Positions 10,013 to 19,162 are shown, numbered from the stretch's first letter. The stretch: DNA of 32,000 nucleotides from Wigglesworthia glossinidia endosymbiont of Glossina brevipalpis (GCA_000008885.1 BA000021.3:450001-482000), one strand, 5' to 3'. The notes: generated from the letters alone by a model not told the origin. Translations and numbers: made by a program.

Positions 10013-10615
10013 AAATTAAAAATAATTATTGTTGTTATTAAATTAAAATAATAAATTTAATTTATTTATTTAAAAATAAATAACATAATCAATATATTTC
10101 ATTTCATTAGTTTCATTTAAAATTTTACTTAATAATATTTTATTTTTTTATTATAAAGTGTATTAAAAATATTACATTTTTAATTTTAATAAAAATATTT
10201 TTATTAATAATTTTATAAAATTTAAATTAATATATTTTTATTTTATTACAAACTCATTCTAATATTAATAATATTATATGTATTTCTTTATAATTCTATT
10301 TTATATTTTTTGTAGTAATTTTTAATTTTAAAAATCTAATATTTAAAGTTATTTAAAAAAAAAAGACAAATATACTTCTCTTTTAACGAAAGATATTAAT
10401 TAATATATAATATAATTATTTTGTTTAAACTAAAAATTTATATTAATTAAATTAAAATATAAAAATGAAATAGAATTATATATTAAATTTTAATTTTTAT
10501 AAAAATTAAACAAATCTTATGTAACAATATTAATTGATACAAATTAAAATATTTTATTTATTTTTTAATAAAAATAATTAAAAAAAGCATAAATTATCTA
10601 GGAGAAGTAGTGTTT

Positions 10616-11284
10616 ATGTTTGAATTATTTAAAGCGGTTGGTTTAGGTTTAATGGTGCTTCTGCCGTTAGTAAATCCATTGACAACAGTAGCTTTGTTTT
10701 TAAGCTTAAGCAAAAATATGACATCAGATGAAAGAAACCAACAAGCAAGAATGGCATCAATATATGTTTTTTCTATTATGATGGTTACTTTTTACGCTGG
10801 AACAGTTGTGATGAGTACTTTCGGAATTTCTATACCAGGCTTAAGAATTGCTGGCGGTTTAATTGTATCCTTTATAGGATTTAGAATGTTATTTTCTATA
10901 TCTTCAGAAGAAGAGCCTAATTTTAAAAAGGGACAAATTATAAAAAATTTTAAAAATAAAACAGCAAATATTGCTTTTATTCCATTAGCAATGCCAAGTA
11001 CAGCTGGCCCTGGAACAATTGCTATGATCATAAGTTGGGTTTCTACTGTAAATGAAGATGTTTATTTTTCTTCTTGGATTACAGACCTAGCCCCGATTTT
11101 AGTATTTTTAACCATTAGCATAATAGTTTGGATTGCTTTGCGTAGTTCAAGTGCTATTATGCATGTAATAGGTTCTAGCGGAATTGAAGCTATTTCTAGA
11201 CTTATGGGTTTCTTGTTGGTTTGCATGGGAGTTCAATTTGTTATTAATGGAGTGATAGAAGTAATTTCAGATTATGGTGTTTAA
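10616..11284 (+). CDS. marC: MarC-family (UPF0056) integral inner-membrane protein
   Basis: Very high similarity to E. coli MarC as recalled: [73 protein letters not shown] and [20 protein letters not shown]. The ORF track starts at GTG 10610. ATG 10616 fits the homologue N-terminus. AGGAG at 10600..10604 is compatible with either start. Confidence 0.85.
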   Translation: MFELFKAVGLGLMVLLPLVNPLTTVALFLSLSKNMTSDERNQQARMASIYVFSIMMVTFYAGTVVMSTFGISIPGLRIAGGLIVSFIGFRMLFSISSEEEPNFKKGQIIKNFKNKTANIAFIPLAMPSTAGPGTIAMIISWVSTVNEDVYFSSWITDLAPILVFLTISIIVWIALRSSSAIMHVIGSSGIEAISRLMGFLLVCMGVQFVINGVIEVISDYGV

Positions 11285-11468
11285 TTTTTGAGTTTAAAAA
11301 TTTTTTACAATAAATTTGATGTATTTGTTTTTATTAAATATTATAATGATTAAATAAGATTTAAAAATTATTCAAAATAAAAAATATTTTATTTTTAATA
11401 TTTTTTAGTATTTAATTTTATTAATTCAAAAATATGAATTTAATAAAATATTTATAAGGTTAAAATAA

Positions 11469-13511
11469 ATGATAAATTTTTTAAAAAAAAACGACTTACC
11501 TAAATTTTCTTTAATCAAAGAGAATGATATAATTAAAATTATTGAAAGCGCAATAAAGAAATGTAAAAACTCTATTAATACAATTGTTTCTAAAAACAAT
11601 TTATTTTCTTGGGATAATTTATGTCAACCAATATCAGAATTAGATAATTATTTAAACAAAATTTGGTCTCCAATATCTAATTTGTATTTAACTTGTAATA
11701 CAATAGATTTAAGAAAATCATACGAAAAAAGTTTAATTTTAATATCAGAATATAGCACTTGGGTAGGTCAAAATAAAAAATTATATAAAGCTTTTTGTTC
11801 ATTAAAAAAAAGTAGTAATTATTTAAATTTAAATATAGATCAAAAAAAACATATAGATAATATTATATTGGATTTTAAATTATCTGGAATTAATTTAGAA
11901 AAAGACGAAAAAATACAATATTCTAATATAATAAAAGAATTATCTTCTATTAGCACAAATTTTAATAATAATATATTAGATTCTAACAAAATATGGAACA
12001 AACACATTACATGTAAAGAAGAATTAAATGGGATTCCTAAAGATGTTGTTGATTTAGCCAGAGAAAATGCAAAAAAAAATGGAAAAAAAGGATGGATATT
12101 TAATTTAGATTACAATACATATTCATCAATAATTAATTATTGTGAAAATGAAAATTTAAGAAAAGAAATATATTATGCATATCATACTAGAGCTTCAGAT
12201 CAAAATAAATTTTTTAAAAATCTAAACAATGGGCCATTGATACAAAGAATACTATTATTAAAATCTAAATTGTCTAAATTGTTAGGTTTTAAAAATTATG
12301 CAGAAAAATCTTTAGTAAATAAAATGGCTGAATCTATAGATTCAGTAGAACAATTTATATATAACTTATATGAATGTGTAAAAAAATCTGGATTAAAAGA
12401 AATAAAAAATTTACACAAATTTGCAAAAGAAAAATATAATTTTAAAAAATTAAATCCGTGGGATATGTCTTTTTTTAGCGAAAAACAAAAAAAATTTTAT
12501 TTTTTTATAAATGAAGAAAAATTAAGAGAGTTTTTCCCAGAAGATCAAGTTTTAATAGGACTATTTAATATAGTAAATTGTATTTATGGTATTGAAATTA
12601 TAGAAAATAAAAACATAGAAGTATGGAATCCAGAAGTAAAATTTTTTGAAATTTATGATAAAAACAAAAACTATATTGGAGGATTTTATTTAGATTTGTA
12701 TTCTAGAAAAAACAAAAAAGACGGAGCATGGATGGATTCTTATTCTAGCAGAATGTTATTGTCTAATGGAGAAATAGAAAAACCAATATCTTATATTATA
12801 TGTAATTTTAGAAAAATAAAAAAATTTAATAAAAATTTATTATTACACAGAGAAGTATTAACTCTTTTCCATGAGTTTGGCCATAATCTTCATCATGTTT
12901 TAACTAGAATAAATTCTTTTGGAGTATCTGGAATAAATGGTGTTCCTTGGGATGTAGTAGAATTTCCTAGCCAATTAATGGAAAATTATTGTTGGGACAA
13001 AAAATCTATTAAATTAATTTCAAAGCATTATAAAAGCGAAAAGTCGTTGACAGATGAAACAATTCAAAACCTTATAAAAACAAAAAATTATCAATTTAGT
13101 TTATTTGTATTACGGCAAATTGAATTTTCTTTGTTTGATTTAAAAATACATACTTTACCATATGATGAAATAAAAAATAAAAATAAAATATTAGATGTTC
13201 TTGATAAAATAAGAAAAGAAATATCAGTATTTCCAAGATGTAATTGGGAAAGATTTCCTAATACCTTTAGTCATATATTTTCTGGAGGATATTCTGCTGG
13301 GTATTATAGTTATTTATGGTCTAGCACTATGGCAATAGATGCTTGGTCAAAATTTAAAGAAATTGGAATATTAAACGAAAAAGTAGGAAAATTATTTTTA
13401 GATAACATTTTATCTAAAGGTGGATCAGAAGATCCTTTAGTATTGTTTTCTAGGTTCAGAGGAAGAAAACCTAAAATATCTCATTTTATTAAATATTATG
13501 GAATAAGATAA
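11469..13511 (+). CDS. prlC: oligopeptidase A (M3 zinc metallopeptidase)
   Basis: 680-aa ORF, the same length as E. coli PrlC. Zinc motif HEFGHNLHH. Conserved GVPWDVVEFPSQLMEN, FSHIFSGGYSAGYYSY and GGSEDP. Confidence 0.93.
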   Translation: MINFLKKNDLPKFSLIKENDIIKIIESAIKKCKNSINTIVSKNNLFSWDNLCQPISELDNYLNKIWSPISNLYLTCNTIDLRKSYEKSLILISEYSTWVGQNKKLYKAFCSLKKSSNYLNLNIDQKKHIDNIILDFKLSGINLEKDEKIQYSNIIKELSSISTNFNNNILDSNKIWNKHITCKEELNGIPKDVVDLARENAKKNGKKGWIFNLDYNTYSSIINYCENENLRKEIYYAYHTRASDQNKFFKNLNNGPLIQRILLLKSKLSKLLGFKNYAEKSLVNKMAESIDSVEQFIYNLYECVKKSGLKEIKNLHKFAKEKYNFKKLNPWDMSFFSEKQKKFYFFINEEKLREFFPEDQVLIGLFNIVNCIYGIEIIENKNIEVWNPEVKFFEIYDKNKNYIGGFYLDLYSRKNKKDGAWMDSYSSRMLLSNGEIEKPISYIICNFRKIKKFNKNLLLHREVLTLFHEFGHNLHHVLTRINSFGVSGINGVPWDVVEFPSQLMENYCWDKKSIKLISKHYKSEKSLTDETIQNLIKTKNYQFSLFVLRQIEFSLFDLKIHTLPYDEIKNKNKILDVLDKIRKEISVFPRCNWERFPNTFSHIFSGGYSAGYYSYLWSSTMAIDAWSKFKEIGILNEKVGKLFLDNILSKGGSEDPLVLFSRFRGRKPKISHFIKYYGIR

Positions 13512-13526
13512 ATATTTTTTAATATT

Positions 13527-15016
13527 TTATTTATTTTTTTTCCAATATATCAATAAAGCTCTACAATTTAATTTTATTTTTCCTAAATAAGAAACAAAAA
13601 CTCCTAATGCAGAAATGAAATTTTTGTTATAAAACAGCAAAGGAGTTCTTTTCCTTTCCCAAGGAGGAACAGAAAATTCTTTGAATAATTTTTTAATTGT
13701 TTTTCTTTTAGAAAATTTATTAACTCTAATTAAGTCAGTAAAATATTTAAATCTAAATGATAAATCATCATTTTTATTAGGCATATTAACTATAGTTATA
13801 GATATTTTTTTTTCTAACAAATAAATAATATCCATAGTTTTACTGTAAAACTCATCTTTTTCATATAATTTAAATTTATTAAAAAAATAAATTTTTTTTT
13901 ATTGTTGTAATAAAAAAAATTTATTTTTTTAATAAAATTTTCATTAATCATAATAGGCTTTGTAATTAAAGTTCCTAAATCATATGGTAAAACAATTTTT
14001 TTAGAATGATTCAAAGATGTTTTAAAAATTATATTTTTTAGATGATTTTTTGAATAAATAGGGATAAAATATAAATTTTTTTTAAACCTTTTAATTATAT
14101 TGTTATTTATTTTTATTTCTGCTTTAGAATCTTTTTTACTAATTATAACATTTTTCCAAATATGTTTTAATTGGCTTAAAGATGGCATTTTAAAATTATT
14201 TAAACAAAACCATTTTCTTAAAATAGCAAATCTTTTTATCTCACTCATTTTAAATAGTTCAATAAATTTAAGAGATTTATCTTTTTCAACTAAACTATTT
14301 AAAGTATCTTTTAAAAGTTCATTTAATAATTTTTCTTGATCAAAACACAATTTTGCACTTCTAGATATAGTATTTCCTATGTTAGGCCAACGTTTTTTTA
14401 ACAAAGGAATTATCTCAGATCGTAAGAAATTTCTATCAAATTTAATATTTAAATTACTTTTATCATCTATCCAATTTAAATTATGTTTAATAGCATATAA
14501 TTTGATATCCTCTTTTTTACAATGTAAAAGCGGCCTTTTTATTATATGAGAATCAAACTTTTTAATTGATTGCATCCCAGAAATCCCTCTAGGCCCACTT
14601 CCTCTTTTTAAAGATAATAATATAGTTTCTATTTGATCATCTTGATGATGTGCCGTAATAAGAACTTCTTCAGGATTTAAATCAGAAAATAAAGCTTTAT
14701 ACCTTTCTCTCCTTGCAGAAGATTCTATCCCTTCAGAAAAATCAGAAATAAAAATATTAATAGATTTAAAAAAAACTTTATATTTTAAACATTGATCATG
14801 ACAATGATTAGACCAATACTTAGATTCTTTGCAAATATTATGATTTATATAAACAGCTCTAAATTTAAAAATTTTTTTAAAAAAATTATTGTTGTTCTTA
14901 ATTTTTTTTATATATAATGATATCATATGTAATAAAACAGTAGAATCTAATCCTCCACTAAAAGCCAACACATAAGATTTTTTATATGAAATCTCTTTAA
15001 AAAATTTTTTTAACAT
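13527..15016 (-). pseudogene. tilS: tRNA(Ile)-lysidine synthase, reading frame broken by a 1-nt frameshift (candidate site is a coding-strand A9 run); possibly still expressed via slippage
   Basis: The 400-aa ORF (13814..15016) carries the PP-loop SGGLDS, HHQDDQIET, LKRGSG and DRNFLR motifs. The 102-aa ORF (13527..13835), in another frame, carries the TilS C-terminal domain (KKLFKEFSVPPWERKRTPLLFYNKNFISALGVFV). Both frames are open only between about 13817 and 13898. T9 on the plus strand at 13892..13900 is the obvious slip site. Confidence 0.85.
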
Positions 15017-15090
15017 AATTAAAATTAATTTATATAATAAAGTTAATTAAAATAAAATAATTTATTTTAAAACTTAAAATTATGGATGAT

Positions 15091-15744
15091 ATGAAAAATT
15101 ATAAATATGAATTTATTAAATATGCAATAAAAAATCAAGCATTAAAGTTTGGTAAATTCAAATTAAAATCTGGAAGAATTAGTCCATATTTTTTCGATAT
15201 GGGAAGTTTTAACAATGGAAAGGATTTATTATTTTTAGGAAAAATATATTCATATATTTTATCAAAAAAAGAACTTTGTTTTGACATGATATTTGGACTT
15301 TCCTATAAAGGAATTTCTATCGCAATATCAAGTGTAATATTTTTAAAAAATTTTTATAATAAAAATATTTCTTTTTGTTTTAATAGAAAAGAACATAAAA
15401 ACTATGGAGAAAAAGGTTTAATTATAGGAAAAAAACCATCAGGAAATATAATTTTAATGGATGATGTAATTACATCTGGTTCAACTATTTATGAAATTGA
15501 AAAAATAATAGATTGTAAAAAGGTTAATATAAAAGGAGTAGTAATTGCATTAGACAGGGAGGAAAAGGGTTTAGGAGATATATCTGCAACAAAAAATATA
15601 GAAAATTATTTTAACTTTAAAGTTATATCTATAATAACAGTTACTGATATAATTAATTTTTTGATAAAAAAAGAAAATATTTTAGAAAAAAAATCAAATT
15701 TGATAAAATCAATTAAATCTTACAAGAAATATTACGGAATTTAA
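15091..15744 (+). CDS. pyrE: orotate phosphoribosyltransferase
   Basis: The ORF opens at ATG 15082. ATG 15091 (MKNYKYEFIKYAI) aligns with E. coli MKPYQRQFIEFAL. Has FKLKSGRISPYFF and the PRPP-binding motif ILMDDVITSGST. Confidence 0.93.
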   Translation: MKNYKYEFIKYAIKNQALKFGKFKLKSGRISPYFFDMGSFNNGKDLLFLGKIYSYILSKKELCFDMIFGLSYKGISIAISSVIFLKNFYNKNISFCFNRKEHKNYGEKGLIIGKKPSGNIILMDDVITSGSTIYEIEKIIDCKKVNIKGVVIALDREEKGLGDISATKNIENYFNFKVISIITVTDIINFLIKKENILEKKSNLIKSIKSYKKYYGI

Positions 15745-16202
15745 TTTTTACCAGAGTGACCAAATCCCATATCTTTTCTATTAGTAATTTTAACAAATTT
15801 ATTTACTATATTCCATTCAATTTGAATTAATGGAACAAAAATTATTTGTGCTATTCTATCTCCTATTGATATTAAAAAGTTCTTATTACTTCTATTTAGC
15901 ATAGATATCATAATAGGACCTTGATAGTCTGAATCAATCAATCCAATTGTATTGCTTAGTATTATTCCATATTTATGAGACAACCCCGATCTTGGTAAAA
16001 TTAAACCAGAAATTTTCTGATCTGAAATATCTATAGATACTCCAGTAGAAATTAATACAGTTTCATTAGGATTTAAATTTATTTCTTTATCAATGCATGC
16101 TCTAAGATCCATTCCTGAAGAACCATCAGTGAAATATTTTGGTAAAAAAAATTCTTTACCAAATCTTTTGTCTAAAATTCTTATATTAACTTTTTTTTTC
16201 AT
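15741..16202 (-). CDS. dut: dUTP diphosphatase
   Basis: The ORF track starts at 16238. The ATG at 16202 (MKKKVNIRILDKRFGKEF) aligns with E. coli MMKKIDVKILDPRVGKEF. Motifs SGMDLRA, PRSGL, GLIDSDYQG and GFGHSG. Lies downstream of coaBC, as in E. coli. Confidence 0.93.
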   Translation of the reverse strand: MKKKVNIRILDKRFGKEFFLPKYFTDGSSGMDLRACIDKEINLNPNETVLISTGVSIDISDQKISGLILPRSGLSHKYGIILSNTIGLIDSDYQGPIMISMLNRSNKNFLISIGDRIAQIIFVPLIQIEWNIVNKFVKITNRKDMGFGHSGKN

Positions 16203-17400
16203 AAAAAATAATAATTTGATGTAATAATTTTTTTGCAAGAGATAACTTGTTATTTATAGACAACATCATACTTCCTGTTTTCCAAAATAAATGAAGAGCG
16301 TTATAGTTGCTATTAAATCCTTGATTTGGTTTTGACACATCATTAGCACAAATCAGATCTATATTCTTTTTTATCCTTTTTTCTTTAGCATATTTTCCTA
16401 TCTTTTCCGTATCAGCAGAAAAACCCACTATATATGGCCTATTCTTTTTTAAAGAAGCTACTTCGGATATAATATCAGGATTTTTTACTAATTTTAAGCA
16501 TAATTTGTTATTTTTTTGTTTTTTAATTTTCTTTCTAGATATTTTTTCTAATCTATAATCAGTAATTGCTGCACAACAAATAAAAATATCTTGATTTTTT
16601 ACTAACGACATTACTGCATCTTTCATTTCTATTGCACTTTTTATATTGATTTTTTTAAAAATTCCATCTGGAGTAGATATTTTAACTGGGCCAGATATTA
16701 ATGTAACTTGATATCCTACATCTATTGCAGCTTTAACTATAGCAAATCCCATTTTCCCTGAACTATAATTACTAATAAATCTAACTGGATCTATTAATTC
16801 TATAGTTGGTCCTGCTGTAACCATGATTTTTAAATTTTTAACATTATTAAAACCTGATTTAAAATAATTTGTTATAAGTTTAACTAATTTACTTATTTTA
16901 ATCATTCTCCCAAAGCCTTTGTCTCCACATATTTGATTTCCATAATCTGGACCCCAAAATATAACACCTCTATTATTTAGTTTTTTTAAGTTATCCTGAG
17001 TAGACGGTGCTAAATACATATTTTTATTCATCACTGGAGATATAGCTATAGGAGACGATGTTGCTAAACAAATAGCGCTTAATAAATCATTAGTAATTCC
17101 AGAAGATAATTTTGCTAATAAATTTGCAGTTGCTGGAGCTAAAACTATTATATCTGGCCATTTAGAAATTTTAATATGATCAATCATTTTGTTATATAAA
17201 AAATCAGAATCAATAAATACTTGATGTCCAGATATTATTTTTAAACTCAAAGGGGTAACGAACGCTTGTGCAGATTTAGTCATAACAACACGTACTATTG
17301 CTCCTTTTTTTTTCAGTTGTTGTATTAACTCTAATGACTTATACGCAGCAATGCTTCCGCTAATCCCTAAAAGAATATTTTTATTAAATAGTTCTTTCAT
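16186..17400 (-). CDS. coaBC: bifunctional phosphopantothenoylcysteine decarboxylase / phosphopantothenate-cysteine ligase
   Basis: 404-aa ORF (E. coli Dfp about 406 aa). Motifs GISGSIAAYK, LAPATANLLAKL, ITAGPT.E.IDPVR.ISN.SSGKMGFA and LICANDVS. Its stop overlaps the dut start by 17 nt. Confidence 0.93.
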   Translation of the reverse strand: MKELFNKNILLGISGSIAAYKSLELIQQLKKKGAIVRVVMTKSAQAFVTPLSLKIISGHQVFIDSDFLYNKMIDHIKISKWPDIIVLAPATANLLAKLSSGITNDLLSAICLATSSPIAISPVMNKNMYLAPSTQDNLKKLNNRGVIFWGPDYGNQICGDKGFGRMIKISKLVKLITNYFKSGFNNVKNLKIMVTAGPTIELIDPVRFISNYSSGKMGFAIVKAAIDVGYQVTLISGPVKISTPDGIFKKINIKSAIEMKDAVMSLVKNQDIFICCAAITDYRLEKISRKKIKKQKNNKLCLKLVKNPDIISEVASLKKNRPYIVGFSADTEKIGKYAKEKRIKKNIDLICANDVSKPNQGFNSNYNALHLFWKTGSMMLSINNKLSLAKKLLHQIIIFYEKKS

Positions 17401-17679
17401 TTATAAATTTTAATAATATGTTGTATTTTTATGATAAAATTAATAAAATTTATTTTATTAAGAAATTAAAAATTTAATTTTTTTATGAAATAAAATAAAT
17501 ATTTTTTTAAACATAATTATTTTTTATTAAATAAAAAAAATATTTAAAAATTTTATCATTATTTACAATAAATAAATTTTTATTTTATAACAAATTAAAT
17601 TTTTTATAAAATTAAAAACAACATAATAACATATGTTTTTTTTATAAAAATTATTTAATTTAAACAAAAGGTGTACACT

Positions 17680-17916
17680 ATGTCTAGAATTTGCCAAATA
17701 ACTGGGAAAAAACCGCTAAGCGGAAATAAAAGATCTCATTCTATGAATGCAAAAAAAAGAAAATTTTTTCCTAATTTGCATAATCATAGATTTTGGTTAG
17801 ATAAGGAAAAAAAATTTATTAACCTTCGTATATCTAAACAAGGTTTGCGATTAATAGATAAATATGGTATAAAGAAAGTAATGGAAAAAATAAAAATAAA
17901 ATATAAAAATGTCTAA
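17680..17916 (+). CDS. rpmB: 50S ribosomal protein L28
   Basis: The ORF track starts at GTG 17671. ATG 17680 gives [39 protein letters not shown], nearly identical in pattern to E. coli L28. AAGG Shine-Dalgarno lies about 8 nt upstream. Confidence 0.95.
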   Translation: MSRICQITGKKPLSGNKRSHSMNAKKRKFFPNLHNHRFWLDKEKKFINLRISKQGLRLIDKYGIKKVMEKIKIKYKNV

Positions 17917-18076
17917 ATCTAAAAGAGAAGTTATAAAATTAATATCTTCAGCAGGTACAAAACATTTCTACACTACGACTAAAAACAAAAGCCATAATTT
18001 AAAAAAAATAAAACTAAAAAAATTTGACCCAGTAATAAAGAAACATGTAATTTATAATGAAGCAAAATTAAAATAA
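17909..18076 (+). CDS. rpmG: 50S ribosomal protein L33
   Basis: Absent from the ORF track (55 aa). My translation is [55 protein letters not shown]. This matches E. coli L33 (..[21 protein letters not shown]...[20 protein letters not shown]). Its ATG overlaps the rpmB stop by 8 nt. Confidence 0.9.
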   Translation: MSKSKREVIKLISSAGTKHFYTTTKNKSHNLKKIKLKKFDPVIKKHVIYNEAKLK

Positions 18077-18086
18077 AATTTTTTTA

Positions 18087-18275
18087 TTATTGTTTTTCTA
18101 TAAGACCCTGCTCTATTTCTCTTAAAGCAATTACTGTATATTTGTCGTTTTCTTTATCTACCATCGGTGATTTACCAAAAATTTGCATTTCTCTTGCTCT
18201 TTGAGATGCAACTAATACTAAATCAAATCTATTTCCAATTTTTTCTACAGCATCTTGAACTGTAATTCTTGCCAT
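18087..18275 (-). CDS. rpoZ: DNA-directed RNA polymerase subunit omega (C-terminally short form)
   Basis: 62-aa [34 protein letters not shown]...[12 protein letters not shown] is almost identical to the first ~60 residues of E. coli omega (91 aa). Lies downstream of gmk, as in E. coli. Confidence 0.9.
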   Translation of the reverse strand: MARITVQDAVEKIGNRFDLVLVASQRAREMQIFGKSPMVDKENDKYTVIALREIEQGLIEKQ

Positions 18276-18325
18276 ATAAAATAATTTATTTGAAATAACT
18301 ATAATTAAAATTTATATTAATTTAA

Positions 18326-18949
18326 TTATTTTTTCAATAGTTTTTTTATGGTTTCGTTTATTTTATCAATTTGATTTATTGCTTTTTTGTTTTTTGAAAT
18401 AATAATTGTTTTTATTTTATTTAATGTATTATTAAAATCTCTATTTATTAAAATGAAATCGTATTTATTGTAGTTTAAAATATCTTTTTTGTATTTATAA
18501 AATCTTTTGTTTAGTTCAAATTCATTTGAATTATATCTATTATATAATCTTTTTAATAAATCTAATTTAGAAGGAGGAAGTATAAAAATACTTATTAATT
18601 TTGGAATAAACTCTTTTATTTTTTTTACACCTTTATAATTAACATCAAAAAACAAACTAAAATTACTTTTTATTTTATTTTTTACTTCTTTAAATGAAGT
18701 ACCATAATAATTATTAAAAGAATATGTATATTCAATAAATTTTTTTTCAAAAATCATTTTTTTAAATTTTTCTTTTGATATAAAAAAATAATCTTTTCCT
18801 TCAATTTCTTCTGATCTAATATTACGAGTAGTATGTGATATTGATAATCTAAAATTCATTCCCAAATTAGTATTTAAAAAAGTTTTAATTAAGCTGGATT
18901 TTCCAGTTCCGCTCGGAGCAGATATTGCATAATACATGTTTTTTTTCAT
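18326..18949 (-). CDS. gmk: guanylate kinase
   Basis: 207-aa ORF, the same length as E. coli Gmk. P-loop SAPSGTGKSSL. Also SHTTR, YYGTS and IFILPPS. Confidence 0.9.
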   Translation of the reverse strand: MKKNMYYAISAPSGTGKSSLIKTFLNTNLGMNFRLSISHTTRNIRSEEIEGKDYFFISKEKFKKMIFEKKFIEYTYSFNNYYGTSFKEVKNKIKSNFSLFFDVNYKGVKKIKEFIPKLISIFILPPSKLDLLKRLYNRYNSNEFELNKRFYKYKKDILNYNKYDFILINRDFNNTLNKIKTIIISKNKKAINQIDKINETIKKLLKK

Positions 18950-19018
18950 ATATGAAATTGATTTATGTAAAAATTTTTATTTTAATTATTTTTTTATAAA
19001 TTTTTTATATTTAATTTT

Positions 19019-19054
19019 TACGAGCGTTCATGCGTTACAACATTACCGCTCGTA
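19019..19054. other. isolated G+C-rich hairpin (8-bp perfect stem, 20-nt loop) in an AT-only spacer; function unknown
   Basis: TACGAGCG (19019..19026) and CGCTCGTA (19047..19054) are exact reverse complements. The core 19021..19052 is 17/32 G+C, while the flanking spacer has almost no G/C. No U-tract follows on either strand, so it is not a canonical intrinsic terminator. Confidence 0.5.
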
Positions 19055-19162
19055 TATATTAAAACAAGAAAAGCATTTTTAAGTAAAATTAAAAATTTTT
19101 TAAAAAAATATAAATAAATTGAATTTTTATAAAAAATATTAAATTTTAATTTTTTTAAATAA

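Noticed and set aside
10013-10609. A possible integrated island or att site scar next to tRNA-Phe, and likewise next to tRNA-Lys (23058-23154 and 23228-23308).
   Set aside because: No integrase, transposase or other ORF is present. There is no direct repeat of the tRNA 3' end, and the spacers contain essentially no G+C-rich string. The flanks of tRNA-Lys are under 100 bp.
19030-19062. A 10-codon mini-ORF (ATG CGT TAC AAC ATT ACC GCT CGT ATA TAT TAA) lies on the plus strand inside the G+C-rich hairpin, which could suggest a leader peptide or attenuator.
   Set aside because: There is no plus-strand gene downstream for it to regulate, since both neighbours are on the minus strand. It has no Shine-Dalgarno sequence and no run of regulatory codons. 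Most likely it is a coincidence of the only G/C-containing stretch.
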